In this document: positions 9,214 to 18,599 of the stretch, in pieces | Position numbering within the stretch: the first letter of the stretch is position 1 | How the letters are laid out: the number at the start of each line of letters is the position of its first letter | NCBI GenBank assembly: GCA_021203345.1 | Contig: JAJQBJ010000068.1 | Coordinates: forward strand, 9,336-73,335 | Direction: 5' to 3' | Source: Oscillospiraceae bacterium | Lineage (GTDB): Bacteria; Bacillota; Clostridia; Oscillospirales; Oscillospiraceae | DNA: 64,000 nt | The notes under the pieces: generated by a model | What the model saw: the letters and a program-made list of their open reading frames with translations, nothing else | What the model was told of the DNA's origin: nothing | Database searches by the model: none | Position numbers and translations under genes: made by a program

Positions 9214-9242
9214 ATTATACGGCAAAATAACAGGGATGTCAA
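9214..9242 (-). promoter_or_regulatory. consensus sigma-A promoter of the cas5c-cas8c-cas7-cas4-cas1-cas2 operon
   Basis: The minus strand reads TTGACA (9242-9237), a 17-nt spacer, then TATAAT (9219-9214). The predicted TSS is near 9207. GGAGG and the ATG of cas5c lie about 48 nt downstream. Confidence 0.7.
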
Positions 9243-9334
9243 CTGTAACTTCAACTTTTTTACAATCATTCCAGTTTCTTGGATGATTTGATGTGAGCCA
9301 TACGAACTTTTTCGCTAGCTTTTCTCTTTTTTAC

Positions 9335-9363
9335 TTGCGGCTTTTACACGCAGGAGGTATAAT
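9335..9363 (+). promoter_or_regulatory. promoter of the crRNA-like RNA
   Basis: TTGCGG (9335-9340), a 17-nt spacer, then TATAAT (9358-9363). The predicted TSS near 9370 coincides with the GTC that begins the degenerate repeat. Confidence 0.55.
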
Positions 9364-9369
9364 AGCTAA

Positions 9370-9457
9370 GTCAGTGCAAGCTGTGGATTGAAATATTTGA
9401 TGGGCAGTATATGTTTCTGTACCCGGTGAAGCTATGCTTCACCGGGCTTCTCTTTTT
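9370..9457 (+). ncRNA. crRNA-like (CreR/CreA-type) RNA: degenerate repeat + partial self-targeting spacer + terminator hairpin
   Basis: GTCAGTGCAAGCTGTGGATTGAAAT (9370-9394) shares the first 3 and last 12 nt with the array repeat. The spacer starts at 9395. An 11-bp hairpin CCCGGTGAAGC-TAT-GCTTCACCGGG (9422-9446) is followed by CTTCTCTTTTT. Confidence 0.6.
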
Positions 9458-9535
9458 CACGCCCCGTTATAGCGAAGCTACTGTTCCGTCAATCGGACTA
9501 TTTACGATTTCCCTATTTTGAAATGGTTTGCTACA

Positions 9536-11941
9536 TTACTCCACTCCCAGATAAGGCATCGAACCGGGTTGTTCCTCTAACGTAAAGCCGATTTGTTCAT
9601 CATAATGTCCAATCAACGCCATTGCACCACAGTTTAATGGCAGTAGCCCGCCCTCCTTCTCTAACTGCTCTATCTGATAGCGGTAGAGGGAAACGGAATA
9701 GGGCTTGGCTTGTTGTATCAAATGTTTTGCGTATGTCAGGTCGTACTCCGCCCGGCTGCTATTCAACTCATGAATTAACTCTGTTCCCTTGTCATAGGGA
9801 ACGATGACATCAATAGAGTCCTCATCGAACACCTCGAACAGCGATCCTGCCAGTCGAAACGCCTGGCAGAAATAGTAGGGGTGCGATTTTTTCCGCTCTA
9901 TTTCGTTTAGGGAGAGCAGCGAGAATAATGTCATTGGTTGGCCTTTGACTGTGATAGGGCCATCCTGTGCGCCTATCGGCATCCGAGCATAGAACTGCTG
10001 ATAGTAATATCGTATGGATTCATCAGAAGCTAAGTCATTCCCAAAGAACTCTGGGCTCTGCCGGAAGGCGTGAAACAACGCAATGGTCGCGTCTTTTCCT
10101 CGTTGGATATCGGGTAGTTTTCCCAGCTTTTCGCCTTTGCATTGAACCACAAGGACAGGAGCAACAGTGCCAGAGCCAGCTTCACCGTTCCGGTTACATC
10201 GGCCCGCTGTCTGAATTGCACTGTCCATGCCAGCGGCGAGCCGAACCCCGCGGCCAAAGGAGATGTCCACTCCCGCCTCCACTACCTGGGTGGAGACACA
10301 TAGGGTTTTATCACTTTCTTTGTTGTCCAACGCAGCGTTGAGCGCTTCCAGCACATTCCGCCGGTGGGCGGGGCACATGGCTGCGGATAGGTGGAAGCAC
10401 GTTCCACTAATATTCTTCAAGCTATGGAACAGCGTCTGTGCTTGCTCCTTTTTGTTGCACACCACCAGCAGGCTGTCTGTTTCCTCCAGCAGATTTTGGG
10501 ACAATGCGGCAATCTCGTCCAAAGAAGCACTGCCGCCATCCTGAATTTCCGTTCGACGAAAGATTGCCCACAAAGCCGGGTCATAGGGCAGAAGTTCTCT
10601 GATCGGACTGTGAAGGGGGTGGGGTGTCTGTTCGATACAAGGTTGTGTGGCGGAGCATAGAACTACTGTGGCGTGACAAAACTCGGCCAGGAAGTTCACC
10701 GCCAGCGAGAACAGAGACAACAGCTTCACTGGCACAGTCTGCACCTCATCAATGATAATCACGCTGTTGCACAGTGCCTGAAACCGACGCACTGCGCTCA
10801 TTTTCCCAGAAAAGAGGGTGTTCAGTAATTGCACCAGGGTGGTGATGAGGATGGGGGCGTCCCAATTTTCGGTTAGGAGTTCCCGTTTGTCCAGATGTTC
10901 GGGAGCGGTTTCTTCTCTCACCAGATTGGAATGGTGTTCCAAAATCAAACTGTCATCTTGAACATAGTCCCGAATTACCTTGGCGTTCTGATCCAAAATG
11001 GTCAGCAGGGGAGAGACGAAAATGATGCGGCGTTTCCCGCTGGCCTCTGCATGAGCCAATGCGAAGCGCAGGGATGAGAGCGTTTTGCCGCCGCCGGTCG
11101 GGGCGTTTAGCCGGAAAACACCGCCGGATGAGGCAGCGCCAGCCTTACATCGATCGGAAATTTCCCGCCTGGCCCGATCAATTTCCGAGGCGTGTGGCAA
11201 CTTGTTCAGCTGTTGCTCATCTCGGGCTAAACAACCAGGCCAAAGGTCTTTCAACTCCGCATCTGTCCGGCGAGGGGCAAGACGTATCCCCTGCATGAAC
11301 TCGGTCGTGTCCCGACGATCTCCTTCCACTACGGCGGAGAGCATCAGACGGGCCAGCAGCCCGGCATAAAAGGCTGTCTCGTTGCCATATTGATCGGAAT
11401 CTCCATCTGTCATGTAGCAGATTCGCTCCAGCGCAGGACACAGCTCCGCCGATGCCGCTTCAAAGAGGTGATCCAACTCCGCTGGGGATATGGCAAAGCT
11501 GAAAAAGTTTTCTCGGGCTTCCTCATAGTCGATATCTGCTTTTGTCAGGCGGTGCTGAAAGCCGGATTTCCCGTGCTCGTCCACGCAGTCGAACCAACCG
11601 TGGTGACCACCTACCGCCAAGGCAAGTACCTCGCACGCCACATCTGAACGCTCCAGACTATCGTGGTGATAGCACTCCAGCAGGAGCCGCACTCCGGCAA
11701 AGGTGTGGTTGACGGAACCTCGGTGAACAGGCTCTCCCTGAACGGAGCGAATGAGGTAAGTTTGATATGCCTGGGTCAATTTACCGCAGTCGTGGAGCAG
11801 TCCGGCCAGGCGGGCGCTCTGGGATAATCCGACACATTCCAATGCATCGGCAGCGTAGATAGCCGTCCCCTCCAAATGGGCCTTTACAGTCTGTGTGCGT
11901 CCATCCTCTGTCCGATGGGCGATGTATTCAGTTTTTTCCAT
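9536..11941 (-). CDS. cas3: Cas3 HD nuclease/SF2 helicase
   Basis: 801 aa with an N-terminal HD domain (LLHDCGK), Walker A NAPTGGGKT and a DExQ box (IIIDEVQ). Confidence 0.95.
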   Translation of the reverse strand: MEKTEYIAHRTEDGRTQTVKAHLEGTAIYAADALECVGLSQSARLAGLLHDCGKLTQAYQTYLIRSVQGEPVHRGSVNHTFAGVRLLLECYHHDSLERSDVACEVLALAVGGHHGWFDCVDEHGKSGFQHRLTKADIDYEEARENFFSFAISPAELDHLFEAASAELCPALERICYMTDGDSDQYGNETAFYAGLLARLMLSAVVEGDRRDTTEFMQGIRLAPRRTDAELKDLWPGCLARDEQQLNKLPHASEIDRARREISDRCKAGAASSGGVFRLNAPTGGGKTLSSLRFALAHAEASGKRRIIFVSPLLTILDQNAKVIRDYVQDDSLILEHHSNLVREETAPEHLDKRELLTENWDAPILITTLVQLLNTLFSGKMSAVRRFQALCNSVIIIDEVQTVPVKLLSLFSLAVNFLAEFCHATVVLCSATQPCIEQTPHPLHSPIRELLPYDPALWAIFRRTEIQDGGSASLDEIAALSQNLLEETDSLLVVCNKKEQAQTLFHSLKNISGTCFHLSAAMCPAHRRNVLEALNAALDNKESDKTLCVSTQVVEAGVDISFGRGVRLAAGMDSAIQTAGRCNRNGEAGSGTVAPVLVVQCKGEKLGKLPDIQRGKDATIALFHAFRQSPEFFGNDLASDESIRYYYQQFYARMPIGAQDGPITVKGQPMTLFSLLSLNEIERKKSHPYYFCQAFRLAGSLFEVFDEDSIDVIVPYDKGTELIHELNSSRAEYDLTYAKHLIQQAKPYSVSLYRYQIEQLEKEGGLLPLNCGAMALIGHYDEQIGFTLEEQPGSMPYLGVE

Positions 11942-12016
11942 GTTTGCCTCCTGACTGACCGACTCGTAATGAGATTACATGATCGTACTCTGAAAATGCT
12001 CTATTTATCCAAAAAT

Positions 12017-12045
12017 ATCATACACTGATTGCTGTAAATTGTCAA
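12017..12045 (-). promoter_or_regulatory. near-consensus promoter upstream of cas3
   Basis: The minus strand reads TTGACA (12045-12040), a 17-nt spacer, then TATGAT (12022-12017). Confidence 0.55.
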
Positions 12046-12159
12046 ATATTTCTACTTCCATAATTGAGAAGCGGAATGCTTGTGTCTGACGACTTTGGAA
12101 ACAGGACCCTGAAGAACAACGTAATCACAACGAAGGATCTTCTCGATACCCCCACCCCA

Positions 12160-12207
12160 ACACAAACAAACGGGGCGCGTTACAGTCTACACTCTGTAAC
12201 GCGCCCC
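12160..12207 (-). terminator. intrinsic terminator of the DUF2798-like gene
   Basis: 14-bp stem GGGGCGCGTTACAG/CTGTAACGCGCCCC, followed on the minus strand by GTTTGTTTGTGTT. Confidence 0.65.
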
Positions 12208-12238
12208 AATCAATTTTATGATCGCCAGTGGCAGAAAA

Positions 12239-12796
12239 TCACTCTGCCGAGGCTTTATTCTTCCGCCCGAAAAGCGCCTTAAACACCGTCCGGATGAACG
12301 GCTGAATGAAGAACAGCTGCGTAAAATACGCAAAGGGGAAGTTATAGCAGACCAGCTTGAGCCAGTTGGCCAGGAAGGTCAAAACGTGGAATCCCTCGTA
12401 GTACGGATAATAGAACAGCGCGGCCAGAAAGCTCATGGCGGGACACATCAGCCCTACGGTGGCGCAAATGATCGCGGTTTCAAACAGAACCGGATGGGTC
12501 GTCCTGGGGTCAAACACCTTGCTGGCGAGCTTGAAGGAGCTGGGACTTCCCATGACGCACTCCAGCGTATAGGCAAAGCAGAACTCGATCAAAATGACAG
12601 CCCATATGGGGAGCATATGACCGAACATATAAACGCCGCCCTGGGCCTGGATTGCGTGAAGGACGGAATCCGCACCGGTGACGGATTTCAGGGTCGCTCC
12701 GTTGACAACGTACAGGCTGTAAAACACATAGGCGTGAACCGTCACCAATACGGTCAACAGGGCGAAAATCATTCTTTGTGCTTGGTTTTTGGGCAT
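12239..12796 (-). CDS. DUF2798-like integral membrane protein
   Basis: ATG at 12796 with AGGAGG upstream. 185 aa and multi-TM. Resemblance to DUF2798 proteins is from memory only. Confidence 0.5.
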   Translation of the reverse strand: MPKNQAQRMIFALLTVLVTVHAYVFYSLYVVNGATLKSVTGADSVLHAIQAQGGVYMFGHMLPIWAVILIEFCFAYTLECVMGSPSSFKLASKVFDPRTTHPVLFETAIICATVGLMCPAMSFLAALFYYPYYEGFHVLTFLANWLKLVCYNFPFAYFTQLFFIQPFIRTVFKALFGRKNKASAE

Positions 12797-13096
12797 ATTT
12801 TTTCCTCCTGAAGAACGCAAAAAGACACAGGCAACAAGTACGAAACCTGTTCCGGATTCCTTGCAAGAAGCAGAGAATATGTTCCGTAATCAGCTTTACG
12901 TGCCATGCACTACCTGTGTCATCATATTTGCGTATTGTTTTGTGCCTGAATATTGTACCACATGGGATGAAAAAATGTCAAATGTTTTTTTGCGTCCTTT
13001 TCGGCGGGCAGCTTCGCACATACAATAGGGGTTTACGATTTCTTTAATTTATGATACACTAAAGACAGCAAAATCTGACTTCCGGAGGAGACAGAT

Positions 13097-14389
13097 ATGG
13101 AATATACCTACTTAGAACTTTTATGCTACCTGCTGATCTACTCCTTCCTCGGCTGGGTGGCGGAGGTGCTGTTCATCTCGGTCAAGGATCGAACGCTGCG
13201 GAACCGTGGCTTTTTCAATCTGCCCTTCTGCCTGTCCTACGGCGTGGTGATGGATATTCTGGTGGTGATTTTACCCACCATGAAGGGATACCTGGTGGCC
13301 CGGTATCTGACCGCCCTGGCTGTGTCCTCAGTGGTGACATTTTTATCGGGCGGCCTTTCCAAGCGGTTCAGCCGCAAGTCCCTGTGGAAATATCAGGAGA
13401 ACAACCTGTTTACCGGCGAAAAGCGCCCACTGCTGCTGGGCCTGGCCCAGGGCCTGCTGTTTCTGGTGGCGGCGCAGGTGCTGCATCCCCTGATTTTTGC
13501 GCTGGTGGCCCTGATTCCCGACCTGGCGAAAATCATTGCCTGTGCGGTTCTGTGCGGTCTGCTGCTGGTGGATTTCATCGTGATTATGAACGCCCTTCGC
13601 AGAAGCAAAACCGAGGAAGAGGTTCAGGCGCTCCTGGCCCGGCGGACGGAGGGCAAGCGCAGCTTTGGCGAGCGGGTCAACGCCGTGGTCTGGAAGCGAA
13701 TCAACCGCGCTTACCCCAATCTGGATCACATGGCCCCGGCGGAAAAGACGGTGTTTGCCCGGGGCATCTGCTGGGACAAGCTGGTATGGGTGTTTCTGAT
13801 TACCGCTCTGCTGGGGGACTTCATCGAGACGGTGTTCGTCCGCTACACCGCAGGCGTGTGGATGAGCCGCTCCAGCCTGATTTACGGCCCGTTCAGCGTA
13901 GTGTGGGGCTTCGGTGCGGTGCTGCTGACCGTGGTGCTGCAAAGGCTGGCGGACAAAAAAGACCGCTATGTATTTCTGGCCGGCTGTTTGATTGGCGGCG
14001 TATACGAGTATATGTGTAGCGTAGCCACGGAGGTGCTGTTCGGCACGACCTTTTGGGACTACAGCGATATGCCATTTAACTTCGGCGGGCGGACGAACCT
14101 GCTGTTCTGTATTTTCTGGGGCCTGTTGGCTGTGGTATGGCTGAAGGGCATCTACCCCTATCTCAGCCGGTGGGTCGAGAAGATTCCCCCGGTGGCGGGC
14201 AAAATCCTCACTTGGCTGATTCTGGCGTTCTTCCTTCTGGACGGGGCGATTTCCGCAGCGGCCATGCTCCGCTATGTGGAGCGTATCACCAGTCCCGAAG
14301 CGCAGAATATCATACAGCTGTTTTTGGATCAGACCTATCCGGACAGCCTGATCGAACAGGTGTGGCCGAACCTCCGCATCTCCGGCTGA
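13097..14389 (+). CDS. polytopic membrane protein, tandem 'putative ABC-transporter type IV' (CmpB-like) domains
   Basis: 430 aa. The IYSFLGWVAEVLF motif near the N-terminus recurs in the second half (LLGDFIETVF). Many TM segments. Confidence 0.5.
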   Translation: MEYTYLELLCYLLIYSFLGWVAEVLFISVKDRTLRNRGFFNLPFCLSYGVVMDILVVILPTMKGYLVARYLTALAVSSVVTFLSGGLSKRFSRKSLWKYQENNLFTGEKRPLLLGLAQGLLFLVAAQVLHPLIFALVALIPDLAKIIACAVLCGLLLVDFIVIMNALRRSKTEEEVQALLARRTEGKRSFGERVNAVVWKRINRAYPNLDHMAPAEKTVFARGICWDKLVWVFLITALLGDFIETVFVRYTAGVWMSRSSLIYGPFSVVWGFGAVLLTVVLQRLADKKDRYVFLAGCLIGGVYEYMCSVATEVLFGTTFWDYSDMPFNFGGRTNLLFCIFWGLLAVVWLKGIYPYLSRWVEKIPPVAGKILTWLILAFFLLDGAISAAAMLRYVERITSPEAQNIIQLFLDQTYPDSLIEQVWPNLRISG

Positions 14390-14625
14390 CGGCGTAGCCG
14401 GTCGGCGTGGAATGGCCCGGTTGCAAGTCTGACGAAAAACGGCGGGAAGAAGCGTCTCGAATGTATGAACGAAACAAAATTCATAACTTTTCTAAAAAAT
14501 CTGGTTTACATTTCTGTGAAAAGCTGATAATATGGTAGTATCTACGATGAGATCGTGTGATTATCGTGAGGTTAGATATTCGGGCAGATTGTAAGTCTGC
14601 CCATGATTAAGGAGGAAACGAAAAC

Positions 14626-17600
14626 ATGGCTCGCAAATTAAAAACCATGGACGGCAATACCGCCGCGGCCACCGTATCCTATGCGTTTACGGAAGTCGCT
14701 GCGATTTATCCCATCACGCCGTCCTCCGTCATGGCGGAGCTGACCGACGACTGGTCGGCCCACGGTCTGAAGAATATCTTCGGACAGACGGTCAAGATCG
14801 CAGAGATGCAGTCCGAGGGCGGCGCTGCCGGCGCAGTACACGGCTCCATCACGGCCGGCGCTCTGACCACCACCTATACGGCATCTCAGGGCCTGCTGCT
14901 GATGATTCCCAATATGTACAAGATTGCAGGCGAGCTGATGCCCGGCGTGATCAACGTATCCGCCCGCGCACTGGCAACCCACGCCCTGTCCATCTTCGGC
15001 GACCACTCCGACGTGATGGCCTGCCGGCAGACCGGCTATGCAATGCTTGCCTCCACCAATCCCCAGGAGGCAATGGATCTGGGCGCAGTGGCGCATCTGT
15101 CCACCATCAAGGGCAGCATCCCCATCATTCACTTCTTTGACGGTTTCCGTACCTCCCATGAGATTCGCAAGGTCGCCGTGTGGGACTATCAGGATCTGGC
15201 TGAAATGGTGGATTGGGACGCCATCGCCAACTTCCGCGCCCGCGCTCTGAACCCGGAGCATCCCGTGCTGCGCGGCTCCTCTCAGAACCCGGATATCTTC
15301 TTCCAGACCCGCGAGGCAGCCAACAAGTTCTATGATGCATTCCCCGATGTGGTGCAGGGCTGCATGGATCAGGTGAACGAGAAGATCGGCACCAACTACA
15401 AGCTGTTCAACTATTACGGCGCACCCGACGCCGAAACCGTTCTGGTGGCCATGGGTTCCGTCTGCGACGCTGCGGAGGAAACCATCGACTATCTGACCGC
15501 CAAGGGGGAGAAGGTCGGTCTGATCAAGGTTCGTCTGTATCGTCCCTTTGCCTCCGCCAAGTTCGTGGAGGCCATTCCCGCCACCTGCAAGAGCCTGGTG
15601 GTGCTGGATCGCTGCAAGGAGCCTGGCGCACCCGGCGAGCCTCTGTATCTGGACGTATGTTCCGCCGTTCGCGGCTCTGCCTTCGCGGATATCAAGGTCT
15701 GCGGCGGCCGTTACGGTCTGGGCTCCAAGGACACCACCCCCGGCGGCATTATTGCGGCGTTCAAGAACGGCCAGCAGGACAAGCCCGTCAATTCCTTCAC
15801 CATCAACATGGTGGACGATGTGACGAATCTGTCTCTGCCCGTGGAGGAGGAGCCTGACGTGGTTCCCGACGGTACGACCTCCTGCAAGTTCTGGGGCCTC
15901 GGCTCCGACGGCACCGTGGGCGCCAACAAGAACTCCATCAAGATCATCGGCGACCACACTGATTTGAAGGTGCAGGCTTACTTCCAGTACGATTCCAAGA
16001 AGTCCGGCGGCCTGACCATCTCCCACCTGCGCTTTGGCCCCCAGGAGATCAAGTCCACCTACTATGTCAAGCAGGCTGACTTTGTGGCCTGCCACAACCC
16101 TGCCTATCTGGAGAAGTATCAGATCGCCCAGGATATCAAGCGGGGCGGCGCATTCCTGATTAACACCGATATGGACGTGGAGGCCTTGGGCAAGGTTCTG
16201 CCCGCCGCCGCAAAGCGCCATATCGCCAACTACAACGTCCATGTGTATACCTGCGACGCCATCAAGCTGGCCCGGGATATCGGCCTGGGCGGACGCACCA
16301 ACATGGTTCTTCAGGCCGCCTTCTTCAAGCTGTCCAACATCATCCCCATCGACGATGCCGTGGCCTATATGAAGAGCGCCATTGAGACAACCTACGGCTC
16401 CAAGGGCCAGAACATTGTGGACATGAACAAGCAGGCTGTGGACGCTGGCCTGAACGCTACCATCGAGCTGGAGATTCCCGCCGACTGGGCGAACGCCGTG
16501 GATGGCCCCGCTCCCTCTGCCGGAACCTCTGACCGGGCCGATGTCCAGACCTATCTGGATACCGTGATGCTGCCCGCTGCCGCTCAGGAGGGCGACGTGC
16601 TGACCACGTCTCAGCTGCTCCCCGGCGCAGACGGCACCATTCCCTCCGGTACTGCCGCTTACGAGAAGCGCGGCACCGCCGTCACTGTTCCCAGCTGGGA
16701 CGCTACCACCTGTGCCCAGTGCAACCAGTGCGCGATGGTCTGCCCCCATGCCGTGATTCGTCCTCTGGCTGTCACGGACGAGGAGATCGCAGCGGCTCCC
16801 GCCGCCCTCAAGACCGTGGACTTCCGCAACAAGAAGTTCAAGGAGAAGGGGCTGAAATACGCCATGATCGTCTCCCCGATGGACTGCTCCGGCTGCGGCT
16901 CCTGCGCCAATGTCTGCCCCACCAACTCCCTGAAGATGCTGCCGCTGGCCTCCCAGATGGAGCAGCAGGAGGTCTTTGACAAGACCGCTTATATCGTCAC
17001 CGAGAAGGATATGGGCCCCATCACCACGATTTCCGCCCAGTTCAAGCAGCCTTTGCTGGAGTTCTCCGGCGCCTGCGGCGGCTGCGGCGAGACGCCCTAT
17101 GCCAAGCTGGTGACCCAGCTGTTCGGCGACCGGATGTATATCGCCAACGCAACGGGCTGCTCCTCTATTTGGGGCTGCTCCGCACCCTCCACGCCCTACA
17201 CGGTCAACCAGAAGGGACAGGGCCCCGCTTGGGAGAACTCCCTGTTCGAGGACGCCGCCGAGTTCGGCTACGGCATGAATCTGGCCGTGACCCAGCGCCG
17301 GGCCAAGCTGGTGGACACCGTGAAGGAGCTGGCTGCGCTGCCCTTCGCAGACGAGGACGTTGTGGCCGCCTGCAACGCATGGCTGGAGAGCAAGGATAAT
17401 CCTGCGGCGTCCCGCGCTGCCGGGGACAAGCTGGTGGCTGTGATCGAGGACTTCTTCGCCCATCAGGATCAGACCGGCACGCCCTTCGAGGCACAGTGGC
17501 TTGCTAACGGCAAGAAGTGCGGCTGTCCCGCCTGCACCGCCGCCCGCTCCATCCTGGAGCAGAAGGATCTGCTGACCAAGAAGTCCATCTGGATCTTCGG

Positions 17601-18231
17601 CGGCGACGGATTCGCCTATGACATCGGTTACGGCGGTCTGGATCACGTTCTGGCCTCCGGCGAGAATGTGAATGTGTTCATCTTCGATACCGAGGTGTAC
17701 TCCAACACCGGCGGACAGTCCTCCAAGTCCACGCCCACCGGCGCTGTGGCCCAGTTTGCCGCTGCCGGTAAGGCCGTGAAGAAGAAGGATATGGCCTCCA
17801 TCTTCATGCAGTATGGCTATGTCTATGTGGCTCAGGTCGCAATGGGCGCCAACTACAACCAGACCCTCAAGGCCATTCAGGAGGCCGAGGCCTATGACGG
17901 CCCCTCCATCATCATCGGCTACGCCCCCTGCATCAACCATGGTATCAAGAAGAAGGGTGGCATGGCCAACGCCATGCAGGAGATGAAGGACGCTGTGGCC
18001 GCTGGTTACTGGCACCTGTTCCGCTATGATCCCCGTCTGGCCGACCAGGGGAAGAACCCCTTCCAGATGGATTCCAAGGCGCCGACTGCCGACTACCTCC
18101 AGTTCATTCAGGGCGAGACTCGTTACGCCTCCCTGAAGATCGCCTTCCCCGAGCGCGCCGAGACGCTGTTCGCCAAGGCCGAGGCCGATGCCAAGCAGAA
18201 GTACGAGAAGCTGGCCAACAGAGCAAAATAA
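14626..18231 (+). CDS. nifJ: pyruvate:ferredoxin (flavodoxin) oxidoreductase
   Basis: 1201 aa. N-terminus MDGNTAAATVSYAFTEVAAIYPITPSS, two ferredoxin motifs (CAQCNQCAMVCP, CSGCGSCANVCP) and a GGDG TPP loop. Confidence 0.95.
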   Translation: MARKLKTMDGNTAAATVSYAFTEVAAIYPITPSSVMAELTDDWSAHGLKNIFGQTVKIAEMQSEGGAAGAVHGSITAGALTTTYTASQGLLLMIPNMYKIAGELMPGVINVSARALATHALSIFGDHSDVMACRQTGYAMLASTNPQEAMDLGAVAHLSTIKGSIPIIHFFDGFRTSHEIRKVAVWDYQDLAEMVDWDAIANFRARALNPEHPVLRGSSQNPDIFFQTREAANKFYDAFPDVVQGCMDQVNEKIGTNYKLFNYYGAPDAETVLVAMGSVCDAAEETIDYLTAKGEKVGLIKVRLYRPFASAKFVEAIPATCKSLVVLDRCKEPGAPGEPLYLDVCSAVRGSAFADIKVCGGRYGLGSKDTTPGGIIAAFKNGQQDKPVNSFTINMVDDVTNLSLPVEEEPDVVPDGTTSCKFWGLGSDGTVGANKNSIKIIGDHTDLKVQAYFQYDSKKSGGLTISHLRFGPQEIKSTYYVKQADFVACHNPAYLEKYQIAQDIKRGGAFLINTDMDVEALGKVLPAAAKRHIANYNVHVYTCDAIKLARDIGLGGRTNMVLQAAFFKLSNIIPIDDAVAYMKSAIETTYGSKGQNIVDMNKQAVDAGLNATIELEIPADWANAVDGPAPSAGTSDRADVQTYLDTVMLPAAAQEGDVLTTSQLLPGADGTIPSGTAAYEKRGTAVTVPSWDATTCAQCNQCAMVCPHAVIRPLAVTDEEIAAAPAALKTVDFRNKKFKEKGLKYAMIVSPMDCSGCGSCANVCPTNSLKMLPLASQMEQQEVFDKTAYIVTEKDMGPITTISAQFKQPLLEFSGACGGCGETPYAKLVTQLFGDRMYIANATGCSSIWGCSAPSTPYTVNQKGQGPAWENSLFEDAAEFGYGMNLAVTQRRAKLVDTVKELAALPFADEDVVAACNAWLESKDNPAASRAAGDKLVAVIEDFFAHQDQTGTPFEAQWLANGKKCGCPACTAARSILEQKDLLTKKSIWIFGGDGFAYDIGYGGLDHVLASGENVNVFIFDTEVYSNTGGQSSKSTPTGAVAQFAAAGKAVKKKDMASIFMQYGYVYVAQVAMGANYNQTLKAIQEAEAYDGPSIIIGYAPCINHGIKKKGGMANAMQEMKDAVAAGYWHLFRYDPRLADQGKNPFQMDSKAPTADYLQFIQGETRYASLKIAFPERAETLFAKAEADAKQKYEKLANRAK

Positions 18232-18264
18232 GCCGTTGTGCCGGAAACAACGCAATCATGCAAC

Positions 18265-18292
18265 GAGCCGCCCGTGGAAACACGGGCGGCTC
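18265..18292 (+). terminator. hairpin H1 (first copy of the nifJ terminator stem-loop, now lacking its T-tract)
   Basis: GAGCCGCCCGTG-GAAA-CACGGGCGGCTC. It is followed directly by the end of repeat element copy A rather than by a T-run. Confidence 0.6.
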
Positions 18293-18597
18293 AGTCTGTC
18301 AAAAAAGTCTATCTGAAAAAAGAAAAACAGACGAAAAGTTCAGGAAGCCCTCCGCAGGAGTTTTGTTGCGAAGCAACAAAATAAAGTGAAATACGTCTTT
18401 TTAGCCGGGCGTGTACCGGCAAAAAGACACAGGGAGGCGACACTGTTGCATAAGAAAAGACACCGCCCGCAGGCGGTGTGCAATGTGCAACCACGCGAAG
18501 CGCGGCTCTTAGCGCATTGCAGTGCGGAGAGGAGCCGCATATATTCGACCCAAATGCACGCATTTGGGTCGAGAGCCTGTCGTTTTACGACAGGCTC
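18292..18597 (-). repeat. structured repeat element, copy A (306 bp, minus orientation)
   Basis: About 90% identical over shared segments to 34419-34661 in reverse complement, with an extra ~60-nt internal segment. Bounded by ...GAGCCTGTC and GACAGACTG ends. Confidence 0.8.
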
Positions 18598-18599
18598 AA

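Noticed and set aside
9517-9526. ATTTTGAAAT just upstream of the cas3 stop, resembling the repeat tail
   Set aside because: Only 7-8 nt of similarity, with no promoter, terminator or PAM-flanked match for the downstream sequence.
12040-12060. GAAATATTTGA shared between the cas3 promoter region (minus strand) and the handle/spacer junction of the crRNA-like RNA
   Set aside because: The match includes handle bases. The would-be protospacer has AAT rather than a TTC PAM, and only 6 spacer nucleotides match.
14638-18255. 1205-aa ORF antisense to the PFOR gene
   Set aside because: A mirror-frame ORF of a high-GC gene. Its composition is low-complexity G/A/L/V-rich with no motifs. The plus-strand PFOR assignment is unambiguous.
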